Translations under genes and position numbers: made by a program | Assembly: GCA_041687695.1 (NCBI GenBank) | Contig: JAWLBL010000001.1 | Location: 432,190 to 496,189 of the forward strand | From: Myxococcota bacterium | GTDB taxonomy: Bacteria > Myxococcota_A > UBA9042 > PHBI01 > JAWLBL01 | Length of the DNA: 64,000 bases | Direction of reading: 5' to 3' | Notes under the pieces: model-generated | Told to the model about the DNA's origin: nothing | Databases searched by the model: none | The model's input: the letters and a program-made list of their open reading frames with translations, nothing else | Part shown: positions 28,001 through 40,031 of the stretch, piece after piece | How the letters are laid out: each line of letters begins with the position of its first letter | Numbering within the stretch: the first letter of the stretch is position 1

Positions 28001-29591
28001 CTGGACGGCCCCCGAGGCCTGCCTGTGGTCCTGCAACGCGGACTACTTCTTCGACGGCGCGGCCTGCATCGACACCGATCTGGTCCCCTGCCAGGACGTC
28101 GCCCCGGCCAACGCCTCCAGCGAGGTGGTGCTGGTCGAGATCACCTACACCGACGCGACCGGCTGGACGACGCCGGCCGAGTGCGCCTGGTCCTGCAACG
28201 CGGACTACGCGCTGGTCGACGGCGAGTGCACCGACTTCCAGATCGTCACCTGCGCCGACGTCGCTCCCGCGAACGCGACCAGCATCGAGGAGGAGGTCTT
28301 CATCATCTACTCGGACGCGACGGGCTGGAGCGACCCCGACCCCTGCGTCTGGGTGTGCGACGCCGACTACGACGAGACGGTCGACGGCCAGTGCATCAAC
28401 GTGCGCATCGAGCCCTGCTTCGACGTGGCGCCGGCCAACGCCACCAGCGTGGTGGTCGACGTCGAGGTGACCTACACCGACGCGAACGGCTGGGCCCTTC
28501 CGGCCGACTGCGACTGGGACTGCAACCTCGACTACGCCGAGATCGACGGCGCCTGCGACAACGAGATGCTGGCCGAGTGCCTCGACCAGGCCCCGGCCAA
28601 CGGCACCTCGATCTTCGACTACGTCATCGTCACCTACACGACCGCGGGCGGCTGGAGCGAGCCCGAGGCCTGCGAGTTCGAGTGCGACGCGGGCTTCCAC
28701 CCCTGGGAGGACATCTGCGCCGCGAACGTGAGCATCGACTGGTGCATCACCCAGTGGCCGCTGGACATCACGACCTGGGTGGGTGACGAGACCAACGTCT
28801 ACGGCGTCGTCTACTCCGAGCAGGGCACCTCGGAGATGGGCCAGCTGGCCGGCATCACCGCCATGGTCTGCTTCCGCACCGAGCCCATCACCGGCGGCCC
28901 GATCGACCCGGCGACGCTGACCTGCACCGACGCCATCTACAACAAGGACATGGGCAACGACGACGAGTACTGGGCGACCGTCACCTTCCCGGCGCCGGGC
29001 GACTACCACTACATCGTGGCCTTCTCCGGCGACGGCTCGCAGACCTACACCTACTGCGACCTGACCGGCCCCATCGACGGCGAGGTGGCCTGGCCGGGCC
29101 CGGCCACCGTCTACGGCCCCGAAAACGGCAGCTTCGAGCGCTGGAACTTCAGCGGCACCGAGCCGATGGGCTGGACCGCCGACCCGGATGTGGGCGTCGA
29201 GCGGTCGCTGGACGTCTTCCGCAGCGGCGAGGCGTCGGTCAAGCTGACCCGCGGCTCGACCAACAACAGCAACCTGGACTTCATCTCGGAATGGGTCCCG
29301 GTCACGCCCGGCGTCCCGGTTCGCCTGGGTCTGTGGTTCTACGACAACACCGTGGACGCCCGGGGCCGCCTCATCTACGAGTGGGGCAACGCCGACATGA
29401 CCTCGGCCGGCGCGCCGACCTACGGCGGCTACACCAGCAACTCCGACAGCTGGCAAGAGCTGACGACCACCGTCACGCCTGGCGCGTCGCACCACTACGT
29501 GCGCGTCCTGACCCGCGTCTACAACGACTCGGGCGCCAGCACGGGCGGCTTCGTCTACCTCGACGACGTGACGGTCACGCCGCAGCCCTGA
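25080..29591 (+). CDS. Giant surface lipoprotein with 21 Cys-rich 54-aa repeats and C-terminal carbohydrate-binding-like domains
   Basis: Lipobox GAGC; repeat SQQVDCNDAAPANATSTVAQVTITYTDAGGWTAPADCAWACDADFALVDGACVN; C-terminal NGSFE...YLDDVTV CBM4/9-like jelly roll. Confidence 0.85.
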   Translation: MRMGWLGAAFVAVLWLGAGCGDEPRQKCDPASCGANEACSTTSETCECVSGFTRVDGACVDDKTGECPAGQDRVGDACLSARMVPCADVAPDNATSDVVDVEITYTDADGWTEPAECAWSCDAGYGEAAGLCATKRAVACVDMAPANATSIPDEVEVSWSDETGWPAAPPCEWACDAGYGQVDAVCLNEREVACEDEAPANATSTAGPVTITYTDEGGWTTPAACAWACDAGFAEVDGACVNSRMVACVDEAPDDATSEVVDVEITYTDEGGWTTPAACVWACDAGFGEVDGACLASQMVACADAAPDNATSTAADVEIVWSDDTGWPAPAACEWSCDAGYGPVGEACLASQMVACLDAAPDNATSVVADVEIVWSDDTGWPAPAACAWGCDADFALTDGACIDSQQVDCNDAAPANATSTVASVTITYTDAGGWTAPADCEWACDADFADIDGACLNSQQVDCADVAPANATSTVVAVEITYTDAGGWTAPADCAWACDADFALVDGACVNSQQVDCNDAAPANATSTVAQVTITYTDAGGWTDAADCAWACDADFAPVDGACVNSQQVDCNDGAPANATSTVAQVTITYTDAGGWTAPADCAWACDADFALVDGACVNSQQVDCNDAAPANATSTVAQVTITYTDDGGWTAPADCAWACDADFADVDGACVNSQQVDCSDVAPANATSEVVQVTVTYTDAGGWTDPGACAWSCDVDFAQADDSCIDSELVPCADVAPANATSAEQMVEITYTTAGGWTVPADCAWTCDSGYAPADGQCVSGQLVDCKDVAPDNATSVVVQVAITYDEATGWSEPADCEWTCDTDFGQVGDACVDTQEVDCADVAPDNATSVVTTVTITYSSDGGWTEPEACAWSCDADFAEVDGACLNSQLVACVDVAPANASSVVVPVEITYTDADGWTAPAACAWECDLDFALVDGACIDSQVVPCADETPANATSVPSTVTITYTTAGGWTAPEACLWSCNADYFFDGAACIDTDLVPCQDVAPANASSEVVLVEITYTDATGWTTPAECAWSCNADYALVDGECTDFQIVTCADVAPANATSIEEEVFIIYSDATGWSDPDPCVWVCDADYDETVDGQCINVRIEPCFDVAPANATSVVVDVEVTYTDANGWALPADCDWDCNLDYAEIDGACDNEMLAECLDQAPANGTSIFDYVIVTYTTAGGWSEPEACEFECDAGFHPWEDICAANVSIDWCITQWPLDITTWVGDETNVYGVVYSEQGTSEMGQLAGITAMVCFRTEPITGGPIDPATLTCTDAIYNKDMGNDDEYWATVTFPAPGDYHYIVAFSGDGSQTYTYCDLTGPIDGEVAWPGPATVYGPENGSFERWNFSGTEPMGWTADPDVGVERSLDVFRSGEASVKLTRGSTNNSNLDFISEWVPVTPGVPVRLGLWFYDNTVDARGRLIYEWGNADMTSAGAPTYGGYTSNSDSWQELTTTVTPGASHHYVRVLTRVYNDSGASTGGFVYLDDVTVTPQP
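25320..28725 (+). repeat. Coding 162-bp tandem repeat, 21 copies
   Basis: 162-nt period (tgaacagccagcag at 26611 and 26773); central copies nearly identical, outer copies diverged. Confidence 0.9.
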
Positions 29592-29752
29592 CCGGCCTGA
29601 CCTGCCCTCCCCCGCGGCCCGGGAGCGACTCGCTCGCCCCGGGCCGCGGCTCTTTGGCAGGCCCGCGACGCCCCCACCCCCGGCCGCGTGCCCAACCGCC
29701 CGTGGTGCCTAGCGTTTCGGCTGGGGAGACGACAAGTGGGAGGGGGACCACC

Positions 29753-30376
29753 ATGAAGCTGGAAGCCTTCATCGACGAGGTGCGCCGCAACGGCCAGCTG
29801 CCCAGCGAGGCGCAGGCCGAGCGCGCCGTCCACGCGACCCTGGCGACGCTGAGCGAGCACGGCGCGTGGATCGACACGACCCGCAGCGAGCTGCCCGACG
29901 AGCTGCGCCGCTACTTCCAGGCGCCTGCCGCCGCCGCCATGGCCCAGGGCGAGGACGACGAGGGCCAGCGCCGCGTGCGCCCCGGCCAGCCCGCCCCGGA
30001 CGACCTGGTCGGCGGCGAGCGCCCGGCCGGCCACAACCCGACCTTCAGCCCGGCCAACTTCGCGGTCACGCCGCCGACGACGTCCACGTCGCCCAAGGTG
30101 CCCGGCGAGGACCGGCCGCCGGCCTCCTCGATGCGCGAGGCCCGCGAGCGCGACGGGCGCCGCGGCCGTCCGCAGCGGCGCCGCCGCCTGGACGCCTTCC
30201 TCGACCACGTCGCCGCCCGCGAGGGCCTGAGCGACCCGTCCGAGGCCGAGGCCCACGTCCGCGCCGTCCTCGAGGCCCTGGGCCGCGCCCTGGACCAGCC
30301 GCAGGTCGACACCATCCGCGAGCGCGTCCCGGAGCTGTCCGAGATCTGGCGCCGCGGCGAGACGCCAAGCGCTTGA
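29753..30376 (+). CDS. DUF2267-like protein with internal low-complexity insertion
   Basis: FIDEVRRNGQLPSEAQAERAVHATLATLSE...ELPDEL and LDAFLDHVAAREG...AEAHVRAVLEAL... Confidence 0.7.
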   Translation: MKLEAFIDEVRRNGQLPSEAQAERAVHATLATLSEHGAWIDTTRSELPDELRRYFQAPAAAAMAQGEDDEGQRRVRPGQPAPDDLVGGERPAGHNPTFSPANFAVTPPTTSTSPKVPGEDRPPASSMREARERDGRRGRPQRRRRLDAFLDHVAAREGLSDPSEAEAHVRAVLEALGRALDQPQVDTIRERVPELSEIWRRGETPSA

Positions 30377-30384
30377 GGGCCCAC

Positions 30385-30412
30385 CCGTAGCGCCCCACCC
30401 CGGGCGCTACGG
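30385..30412. terminator. 11-bp perfect hairpin (terminator- or REP-like)
   Basis: CCGTAGCGCCC-cacccc-GGGCGCTACGG just after the DUF2267 stop; no U-tract. Confidence 0.45.
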
Positions 30413-30462
30413 CCCCGCGCGCCGGTGGGATGAGGAGACGTCGTCGGGGACTGGGGACTTGC

Positions 30463-31070
30463 GCAGGGCGAGTGGGGAAACCCGTTTCGGCGCTGGGGAA
30501 GCGCGAGCGGCCCGTGTGACGCTCGATCGGGCCCTGAAGCGTCGCGATCGGTCTCTGTGGCGCTCGATCGGGCGCCGGGAACTTCGGTAGCGGGCTGGGG
30601 CCACGCGATCGGGAACTGGGGCTCCCGCAGGGCGAGTGGGGAAACCCGTTTCGGCGCTGGGGAAGCGCGAGCGGCCCGTGTGACGCTCGATCGGGCCCTG
30701 AAGCGTCGCGATCGGTCTCTGTGGCGCTCGATCGGGCGCCGGGAACTTCGGTAGCGGGCTGGGGCCACGCGATCGGGAACTGGGGCTCCCGCAGGGCGAG
30801 TGGGGAAACCCGTTTCGGCGCTGGGGAAGCGCGAGCGGCCCGTGTGACGCTCGATCGGGCCCTGAAGCGTCGCGATCGGTCTCTGTGGCGCTCGATCGGG
30901 CGCCGGGAACTTCGGTAGCGGGCTGGGGCCACGCGATCGGGAACTGGGGCTCCCGCAGGGCGAGTGGGGAAACCCGTTTCGGCGCTGGGGAAGCGCGAGC
31001 GGCCCGTGTGACGCTCGATCGGGCCCTGAAGCGTCGCGATCGGTCTCTGTGGCGCTCGATGGGGCGCCGG
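30463..31070. repeat. Intergenic 164-bp tandem repeat, ~3.7 identical copies
   Basis: Units start gcagggcgagtggggaaacccg at 30463, 30627, 30791, 30955. Confidence 0.95.
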
Positions 31071-31082
31071 GGCCTCGGCGAA

Positions 31083-31700
31083 TCAGGGTGGGGTCGGGGC
31101 GCCCAGGCGGCCGCGGGTCCACAGGGTCCGCTCGACGACCAGGTCGAAGACGCGCTCGAGGGAGGCCTGCACGTGGGCGCCCTCGAGCAGGCCCATGGCG
31201 CGAGCGATGGCCTCGAAGGTGGCCAGGCCGTCGTCGCGCGTCTCCTGCCGCAGGCGGTAGCGGGAGGGGGGGCCGGGGGGGAGGCGGACGTAGGTCACGT
31301 CGGCGAGATCGCGCATGCGGCCGGCGACGCGGGCGGCCTGGCGCCAGTTGCCGTCGGGGACCACCAGCGTCAGCGGCCGCGGGTCGGCGGCCGCGAAGGC
31401 GGGGCCCAGCTCGACCGAGTCCTCGGTGGGGAACAGGACCGCGGTGCGGCGCTCGGGGGTGACCAGCGCGGCGTAGTCGAGCGGCTCGTCGGGGCGGCCG
31501 CGGACCAGCAGCTGCGAGTTGGCCAGCGCCAGGCGCGCCAGGTGGCCGGTGTTGGTGGTCTTGGTGGTCTCGCGCTTGTGCATGACCAGGACCAGCCGCG
31601 TGGGCAGGTCGTGGCGCACCACGTCGCCGCACACGCACAGGTGCGGGTGCATGCGGCAGAAGGGACAGCGCGGGGCCATCTTGGTGCGTTGACCGCCCAT
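31083..31700 (-). CDS. DTW-domain tRNA-uridine aminocarboxypropyltransferase (TapT-like)
   Basis: RCPFCRMHPHLCVC, H..E..KTTNTG, LFP, DGNW, Y.LR, LATFEA. Confidence 0.85.
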   Translation of the reverse strand: MGGQRTKMAPRCPFCRMHPHLCVCGDVVRHDLPTRLVLVMHKRETTKTTNTGHLARLALANSQLLVRGRPDEPLDYAALVTPERRTAVLFPTEDSVELGPAFAAADPRPLTLVVPDGNWRQAARVAGRMRDLADVTYVRLPPGPPSRYRLRQETRDDGLATFEAIARAMGLLEGAHVQASLERVFDLVVERTLWTRGRLGAPTPP

Positions 31701-31911
31701 GGGTGGGCCGAATGCCACGGATGGCGGCGGAACCAAAGAAAAAACGGGCTCGTGGAGCACAATCGCGGCTGGCGCCCCGGGCGGCGCAGGCGACAGGCGC
31801 ACGCTGAGGGGAGAACGCAAAAAGCCGACCCGGGCGCGTGGCCCGGGCCGGCTCGAGTCGGTCCGCGGAGCGGGGCGGGCGCTCAGGCTCGCCCCGGCTC
31901 ACGCGCTCGGA

Positions 31912-33432
31912 CTACCACTTCTCGGGCTGCGCACCCGGGGCGCGGCGCTGCGGCACGTCGACGCGCGGGGGCGCCGGGCAGCGCGGGGCCGGCCCGCGGA
32001 TGACGTCGAACTCGACGCGGCGGTTGAGGCTGCGGCCCTCCGCGGTGGCGTTGGTGACGAGCGGGTCACCCTCGCCGTAGCCGCGCACCGTGACGCGGGC
32101 GGTCTGGACGCCGTTGTCCAGCAGCACCTGCTCGACCGTGCGGGCGCGGCGCAGCGACAGGTCCATGTTGTAGTCGGCCGGGCCGGTGTGGTCGGCGTGG
32201 CCCTGGATCTCGATGAGCTCGATCGCGGGGTTGGCACGCAGCAGCTCGGCGATCTCCTCGATGGCGGCCTCGGAGCCCGCCTGGAGCTCGGCGCGGTTGT
32301 ACTCGAAGAAGATGCGCTCGCACAGCTCCTCGAGGCGCGCCTCGACGTCCTGCACGATCTCCTCGTCCTCGGGGCACATCACGACCGGCTGGGCGACGTC
32401 GCCCATCAGGTCCGGGCACCCGTCGGGGCCGGAGCCCCACTGGGTCGGGCACAGGTCGGCCACGTCGGGGATGCCGTCGCGGTCGGTGTCACGCGAGATG
32501 TCGATGACCTCGCGCTCGACGATGTCCATCTCGGGGGCCAGGTTCAGGCCGATGAACGCGCGCCAGTCGGGCGTGCCGTAGCCGCTGTTGAGGCCGGCGC
32601 CGCCGCCGATGGTGACGGCCACCGTGTCGAAGGCCTCGAAGCGCGCCGCGCCGTTGATCTCGACGGGGCTCGTGGCCTCGCTGACCGCCACGTCGTTGTC
32701 GACGGCGGTGCGGCCGGCGACCTCGGCGATGAGCTCGAGGGTGTCCGGGGCCGGCGAGACGGCCAGCGCGCCCTTGTAGGTCAGCTCGTTGTCGACCTGG
32801 AGCGACTCGAGCTGCTGCTTCTCGCGCACCAGGAAGCCGACGTTCGCGCCGAGGCGGATGTACTCGTTGAACTTCCACTCACCGACGCCGTACGGGTGGA
32901 AGGCCCAGCCGTCGTTGCCCTGGAAGTTCCGCTCGGACCCGGTCGGGATGTAGACGTCGCCGGCCACGGCGAACCCACCGCCGCGGTTCTGGCGCTGCGA
33001 GTCGCCGAAGAGCTGGATCTTGGGCGTGATGCGCAGGTCACCGATGCTCGTGTCGAGATCCCGGGTCGGCAGCGTCGTCGAGCTCTCCTCGTCCACCACC
33101 CAGGCGACGGGCATGCCCACGCCGATCTGGAAGCGGTTGAACAGGCCGAGCGCGGCGGTGAAGTCGGTCGTGAGCTGGTGCTCGATGAGCGACGCGTCGC
33201 GGCCGGTGAGCGGGTCCTCGATGCGGAGTAGATCGTTCGAGTAGTGCGTGAAGGCGCCGAACGACGGGGTCAGGTGCGGCAGCACGGCGGCGCCGTCGGC
33301 CTGGATGTAGTTCTCATTCGAGCCCTGCGCGGGCTGGAACGTGTTGGCGTTGATCGAGCCAACCTGCGCGTTGGCGGTCGCGAGGGGCACCGCCGTCAGC
33401 ATCGTGAGGAGCAGGGTGCGAACCTTCTTCAT
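31912..33432 (-). CDS. Outer-membrane beta-barrel + TSP3 + OmpA-domain protein (TraB-like), paralogue 2
   Basis: Signal peptide, amphipathic beta strands, DTDRDGIPDVADLCP, OmpA motifs IQGHAD, NMDLSLRRA, GYGE, NRRVEF. Confidence 0.9.
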   Translation of the reverse strand: MKKVRTLLLTMLTAVPLATANAQVGSINANTFQPAQGSNENYIQADGAAVLPHLTPSFGAFTHYSNDLLRIEDPLTGRDASLIEHQLTTDFTAALGLFNRFQIGVGMPVAWVVDEESSTTLPTRDLDTSIGDLRITPKIQLFGDSQRQNRGGGFAVAGDVYIPTGSERNFQGNDGWAFHPYGVGEWKFNEYIRLGANVGFLVREKQQLESLQVDNELTYKGALAVSPAPDTLELIAEVAGRTAVDNDVAVSEATSPVEINGAARFEAFDTVAVTIGGGAGLNSGYGTPDWRAFIGLNLAPEMDIVEREVIDISRDTDRDGIPDVADLCPTQWGSGPDGCPDLMGDVAQPVVMCPEDEEIVQDVEARLEELCERIFFEYNRAELQAGSEAAIEEIAELLRANPAIELIEIQGHADHTGPADYNMDLSLRRARTVEQVLLDNGVQTARVTVRGYGEGDPLVTNATAEGRSLNRRVEFDVIRGPAPRCPAPPRVDVPQRRAPGAQPEKW

Positions 33433-34300
33433 GACTTCCCTCCAAGCGGGGTCGACAGCGCGAGAGGGGGCACGCCAGGACGCGCTTCGGCGGGGCGTGG
33501 CTGCTCGCGTCTCAGGGGAGTGGGGGAGCCGGCGCGTGGCGGCGACGCGGGTCGCCCGGGAAGTGCGCGCTGGCGGACCGTCGGCGGCCCCGGTGCGTGA
33601 TGGCGAGCCGAGTCAGCGCTTTGGCCGGGTGTCCCCGTGAGGGGAGGCGCCGGAGCGAGCGTGTCGGGGAGCCAACCAGCGTTCGGGACGCGGGGGCGCG
33701 AGGGGCGCCCTGGGTTCCTTCGGTCGGGGTGGGAAAGACGTGGTGTCGGGTGCTTCGGCGGCTCGGATTGAGCCAGAGTGACTCGGGGATGAGGTTCCCC
33801 TCGCCGGGGTGTCTCGCCAGGTCGGTGGGAGCCGACCGGAAGCGGCGAGCAAGTTCGATGTGACTATCGTTAAACACGTTCCCTGCGCCGGTAAACCCCT
33901 GGAATCGCGTGAAGTGAGGGGTCGCATTCGTCGGGCGCGCCGTTGTTGGGCCAGATGGGATTCCGAGGCGTGATCCCCGAGCCCCGATCCGACCCTGCAG
34001 CGCGGCCCCTGTGCAGCCGCGGGCACCTGGCAAGAGATTGGGCGTGAATGTGCCGCGGCGGGCGCCCGGAGTGCCAAAGAACGCAGCTGACGGGGCTGGC
34101 CACTCTCGCGGCGCGATCGCGGCGCGCGCGGGGACAGTGGACAGGCCGGACCGCTGCCTTCGGGGATCGGACGGGGCGGGCCGCGGGAGCCCCCCGTGGC
34201 GGCCTCGAGGGTCGCGCTGCAGGGGCCAGGGGGCGCCGCCAAACGGCCGAGGCCGGCGCCGCGGGTGCGACGCCGGCCTCGGACCAGGGGAAGCCCTCGA

Positions 34301-35812
34301 TCACCACTTCTCGGGCATGGGCGCGCGGCGGCGCGGCGCCGTGTCCTCGATGCGGGGGGGCGCCGGGCAGCGCGGGGCGGGGCCGCGCAGCACGTCGAAG
34401 GCGACGCGGCGGTTGTAGGCGCGCGAGACGTCGCCGGTGCCGGCGACGAGCGGGTCGTTCTCGCCGAAGCCGCGGACCGTCAGCCGGGCGGTGTCGACGC
34501 CGCGCTGGACGAGCGCCTCCTCGACGGCGCGGGCGCGGCGCATGGACAGATCCAGGTTGTAGTCGGCCGGGCCGGTGTGGTCGGCGTGGCCCTGGATCTC
34601 GAGCAGCTCGACGGCGGGGTTGGCCTGCAGCAGCTCGGCGATCTCGTCGAGCACGGCCTGGCTCTCGGGCTTGATGGTGTCCTGGTTGTAGTCGAAGTAG
34701 ATGCGCTCGCACAGCTCGTCGAGCCGGGCGATGACCTCGGCGTCCTCGGGGCACATCACGACCGGGGTGACGTCCTCGCCCATGAAGTCGGGGCACCCGT
34801 CGGGGCCCGAGCCGGGCATGGTCGGGCACAGGTCGGCCACGTCGGGGATGCCGTCGCGGTCGGTGTCGACCACCTCGATGTCGGCGCGCTCGACCACCTC
34901 GCGCGGGGGGGCCCAGTTCAGGCCCAGGAAGGCGCGGAAGTTCGGCGAGCCGTAGCCCTCGTTGACGCCGGCGCCGCCGCCGACGGTGATCGCCAGGCGG
35001 TCCATGGCGATCCACCGGGCGGCCGCGTTGATCTCGGCCGGCGAGGTCGCCTCGCTGGTCACGACGTCGTTGTCGACGGCCGTACGGCCGGTGATCTCGG
35101 CGATGATGTCGACCATGTTGGGCACGGGCGTGAACGCCAGGGCGCCGCCGTAGAAGAACTCGTTGTCGACGACCAGCGCCTCGATGACCTGGCGCTCGCG
35201 CAGGTTCATGCCCGCGGTGGCGCCGATGCGGAACATCTCGCTGAAGCGCCACTCGCCGACGCCGCCGACACCCCAGTTGATGCCGTCCCAGCCCTGGAAG
35301 TTGCTCCGGGCGCCGGTCGGGACCGAGATGTTGCCGATGATGGCGAAGCCGGCGCCGCGGTTGTTGCGCTGGGCGTCACCGAAGAGCTGCAGCTTGGGGA
35401 CGATGCGCAGGTCGCCCGCGGCGACGTTGTCGAGGTCGCGGGTCGGCAGGGTGGTCGAGGACTCCTCGTCCAGCAGCCAGTTGATGGGCATGTCCAGGCC
35501 GAGCTGGAAGATGTCGCCGAGGCCGAGGGCCGCCAGCAGGTGCGAGCTGAGCTGGTGCTCGATGAGCGCCGCGTCGCGGCCGGTGACCGGATCCTCGAGG
35601 ACGAGCGGCTCGTTCGCGTACTGCGTCACGATGCCGAAGGCCGGCTGCAGGCTGGGCAGCACCGAGGTCGAGTTGACCTGGATGTAGTTGTCGTTGGTGC
35701 CGGGCGCCGGCTCGAAGATGTTGGCGTTGATCGAGCCCGCGACCTGCGCGTTGGCCGCGCCGAGCGGGATCACGGTGAGCGCCGTGAGGAGCAGGGTTCG
35801 AACCTTGTTCAT
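34301..35812 (-). CDS. Outer-membrane beta-barrel + TSP3 + OmpA-domain protein (TraB-like), paralogue 1
   Basis: Same architecture; collinear and clearly homologous with 31912-33432. Confidence 0.9.
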   Translation of the reverse strand: MNKVRTLLLTALTVIPLGAANAQVAGSINANIFEPAPGTNDNYIQVNSTSVLPSLQPAFGIVTQYANEPLVLEDPVTGRDAALIEHQLSSHLLAALGLGDIFQLGLDMPINWLLDEESSTTLPTRDLDNVAAGDLRIVPKLQLFGDAQRNNRGAGFAIIGNISVPTGARSNFQGWDGINWGVGGVGEWRFSEMFRIGATAGMNLRERQVIEALVVDNEFFYGGALAFTPVPNMVDIIAEITGRTAVDNDVVTSEATSPAEINAAARWIAMDRLAITVGGGAGVNEGYGSPNFRAFLGLNWAPPREVVERADIEVVDTDRDGIPDVADLCPTMPGSGPDGCPDFMGEDVTPVVMCPEDAEVIARLDELCERIYFDYNQDTIKPESQAVLDEIAELLQANPAVELLEIQGHADHTGPADYNLDLSMRRARAVEEALVQRGVDTARLTVRGFGENDPLVAGTGDVSRAYNRRVAFDVLRGPAPRCPAPPRIEDTAPRRRAPMPEKW

Positions 35813-35897
35813 GTCAGTCCTCTCTGGAGCGAAGGGTCGCGGCCCGGCGCCGCCCGGAGGCGACGCCGAACCGCTGCGGGGGTCGTGGGGGCGTTCG

Positions 35898-38450
<2,553 letters not shown>

Positions 38451-38871
38451 GGGGAAGCCCTTTTCAGTTGGAGAGGATCGGAGAGGGGGCGAAGGGTGGC
38501 CCGGACCGTCGCAGGCCGTGCCGAGCCGCGCTCCGTGGGGGTGAAGCGCGGGCCAGGAGTGGGGCGCCCCAGGAGGCTCGGCCTCACGCGGAGGGCGCGA
38601 GCGAGGGCGTCGACGTGGCGCCTCGGACCAGGATCGGTCCCGGCGGCGACGATCGCGCGGCGGTGCCGGCGCGGCGGCGGCGTCGGCGGGACCGGTAGAG
38701 GTCCTGGCCGTGTGTTGCAGCAATCCGGGGGGCGCAGGGGGGACGAGCCCGGCCGCCGCGGCGACGCACGGGGAGGCGTCGTGGGGGGGAGGACTCGAGC
38801 TGCGTCGGTCAGCGGGGGGCTCCCACCAGCGTCGGTGCGGCACGTGCCACGGCTGGTTGGGATTGGAGACC

Positions 38872-38899
38872 ATGCTAGCCAGGGCTTCCTGCCAGTCAA
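38872..38899 (-). promoter_or_regulatory. Candidate sigma70 promoter for the TSP3/OmpA operon
   Basis: Minus strand TTGACT-N16-TAGCAT, ~420 nt upstream of ATG 38450. Confidence 0.4.
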
Positions 38900-39059
38900 C
38901 GCGCCGGTCCCGAAATGAGCTCCGAAGCGTGTCCCAGCCAGCGTTCATACGGTTGAACGGCTCGTAACGCCCGGCGATTGTGACGCGGCGAGGCCGCTTG
39001 CGGGCGGCGCCTTGACCCCAGGCGGCGGGGGGTCGAGAGTGGGACCACGCGCGGCACTC

Positions 39060-39075
39060 TGGCACATCCCTCGCA
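39060..39075 (+). promoter_or_regulatory. Candidate sigma54 (-24/-12) promoter
   Basis: TGGCAC-ATCCC-TCGCA against consensus TGGCAC-N5-TTGCW, 55 nt upstream of ATG 39131. Confidence 0.4.
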
Positions 39076-39130
39076 CCGCGAAGGCGCGGGGGGCCACCGA
39101 GGCCGGCGCCCCCCCGACCCGGACCCGCCG

Positions 39131-39997
39131 ATGATCCACGTCATCCGCTCGCTCGCGTGCCTGCGCGCGACCTGTCTGGCCGTGACCCTGTGGGGAGCGG
39201 CCCTGGCCGGCTGCGACGACGTGCTGGTCGAGCCCCCCCTGCCACGCGGCACCCTCTCGGGACGCGTCGCCGACCTGCCCGGCAACCAGGCCGTCGCGCC
39301 CTGGGTGGCCGCGGCGCCGCGCGGTCTGGACTGGCTGGCGGGGGCGGTGCAGGCCGACGAGGCCGTGCTGATGCGGGTCGACCTGGGCCAGCGCGAGGAG
39401 CGGCTGGCCGTGGCGCCGGTCAGCGCGAGCGGCCTGTTCGCCTTCGAGCGCATCCCGCTGTGGCGCGGGCCGCTCATCGTGCAGCTCCGCGCGCGAGGGG
39501 CCGTCGTAGGCGAGGTGATCGTGCCGGGCGGGCTGCGCATGGGGGCCGAGAGCGTCATCGCCGCGCCCGTCAGCCTGGAGACGACGGTCGAGGCGCAGGC
39601 GTTCCGGGCGCTGATCGCGGCGGGCGTGCGCCCGGTCGAGATCGACGTGGTCGACCTGATGGCGCGGATCACCGCGCCGATGGCCATCGGCGCAGACGGG
39701 GCCGCGCTGGCCATGCCGGTTTGGGAGGCGCAGCAGGCGTACCTGGCGGCGCTGGACGCGCTGACGCCGGGGCCGGTGAACGCGCGGGCGGCCCAGGAGG
39801 CGAAGCTGCCGGCGTGGCGCGGGCTGGCGATCGAGCTGGCGGTGGCGCAGGGCGCGCCCGAGCTGGCGGTGGCCTGGGACGCGTTCGAGGACCAGGTCCC
39901 GGCGGCGATCGCGTTGGGGCTGGACGCCGAGCCCGAGGCGCACGGTGTGGCGTCGGCGATGGCGCTCGAGGCGATGGCGGCGCGCGGTTCGCAGTAG
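39131..39997 (+). CDS. Hypothetical lipoprotein
   Basis: Lipobox LAGC; host-like codon usage. Confidence 0.6.
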   Translation: MIHVIRSLACLRATCLAVTLWGAALAGCDDVLVEPPLPRGTLSGRVADLPGNQAVAPWVAAAPRGLDWLAGAVQADEAVLMRVDLGQREERLAVAPVSASGLFAFERIPLWRGPLIVQLRARGAVVGEVIVPGGLRMGAESVIAAPVSLETTVEAQAFRALIAAGVRPVEIDVVDLMARITAPMAIGADGAALAMPVWEAQQAYLAALDALTPGPVNARAAQEAKLPAWRGLAIELAVAQGAPELAVAWDAFEDQVPAAIALGLDAEPEAHGVASAMALEAMAARGSQ

Positions 39998-40031
39998 GTG
40001 CCGCGGGGCGCCTGTGCCAGCATGCGCCGCC

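Noticed and set aside
24798..29495. 1565-aa minus-strand ORF and similar long antisense or alternate-frame ORFs (e.g. 4193-7084, 49354-52635, 52690-56721)
   Set aside because: Shadow ORFs of real high-GC genes; Arg/Gly/Ala/Val-rich with no motifs.
30463..31070. CRISPR array
   Set aside because: Units are fully identical with no unique spacers, the period is 164 bp, and no cas genes are in the window.
29911..31902. Repeat-protein ORFs across the 164-bp array
   Set aside because: The period is not divisible by 3, the peptides are low-complexity, and they overlap real genes.
33700..34110. c-di-AMP or c-di-GMP riboswitch
   Set aside because: Partial motif matches (GGGCGTGAAT, CCGTCAGCT) lie on opposite strands and the full architecture cannot be built.
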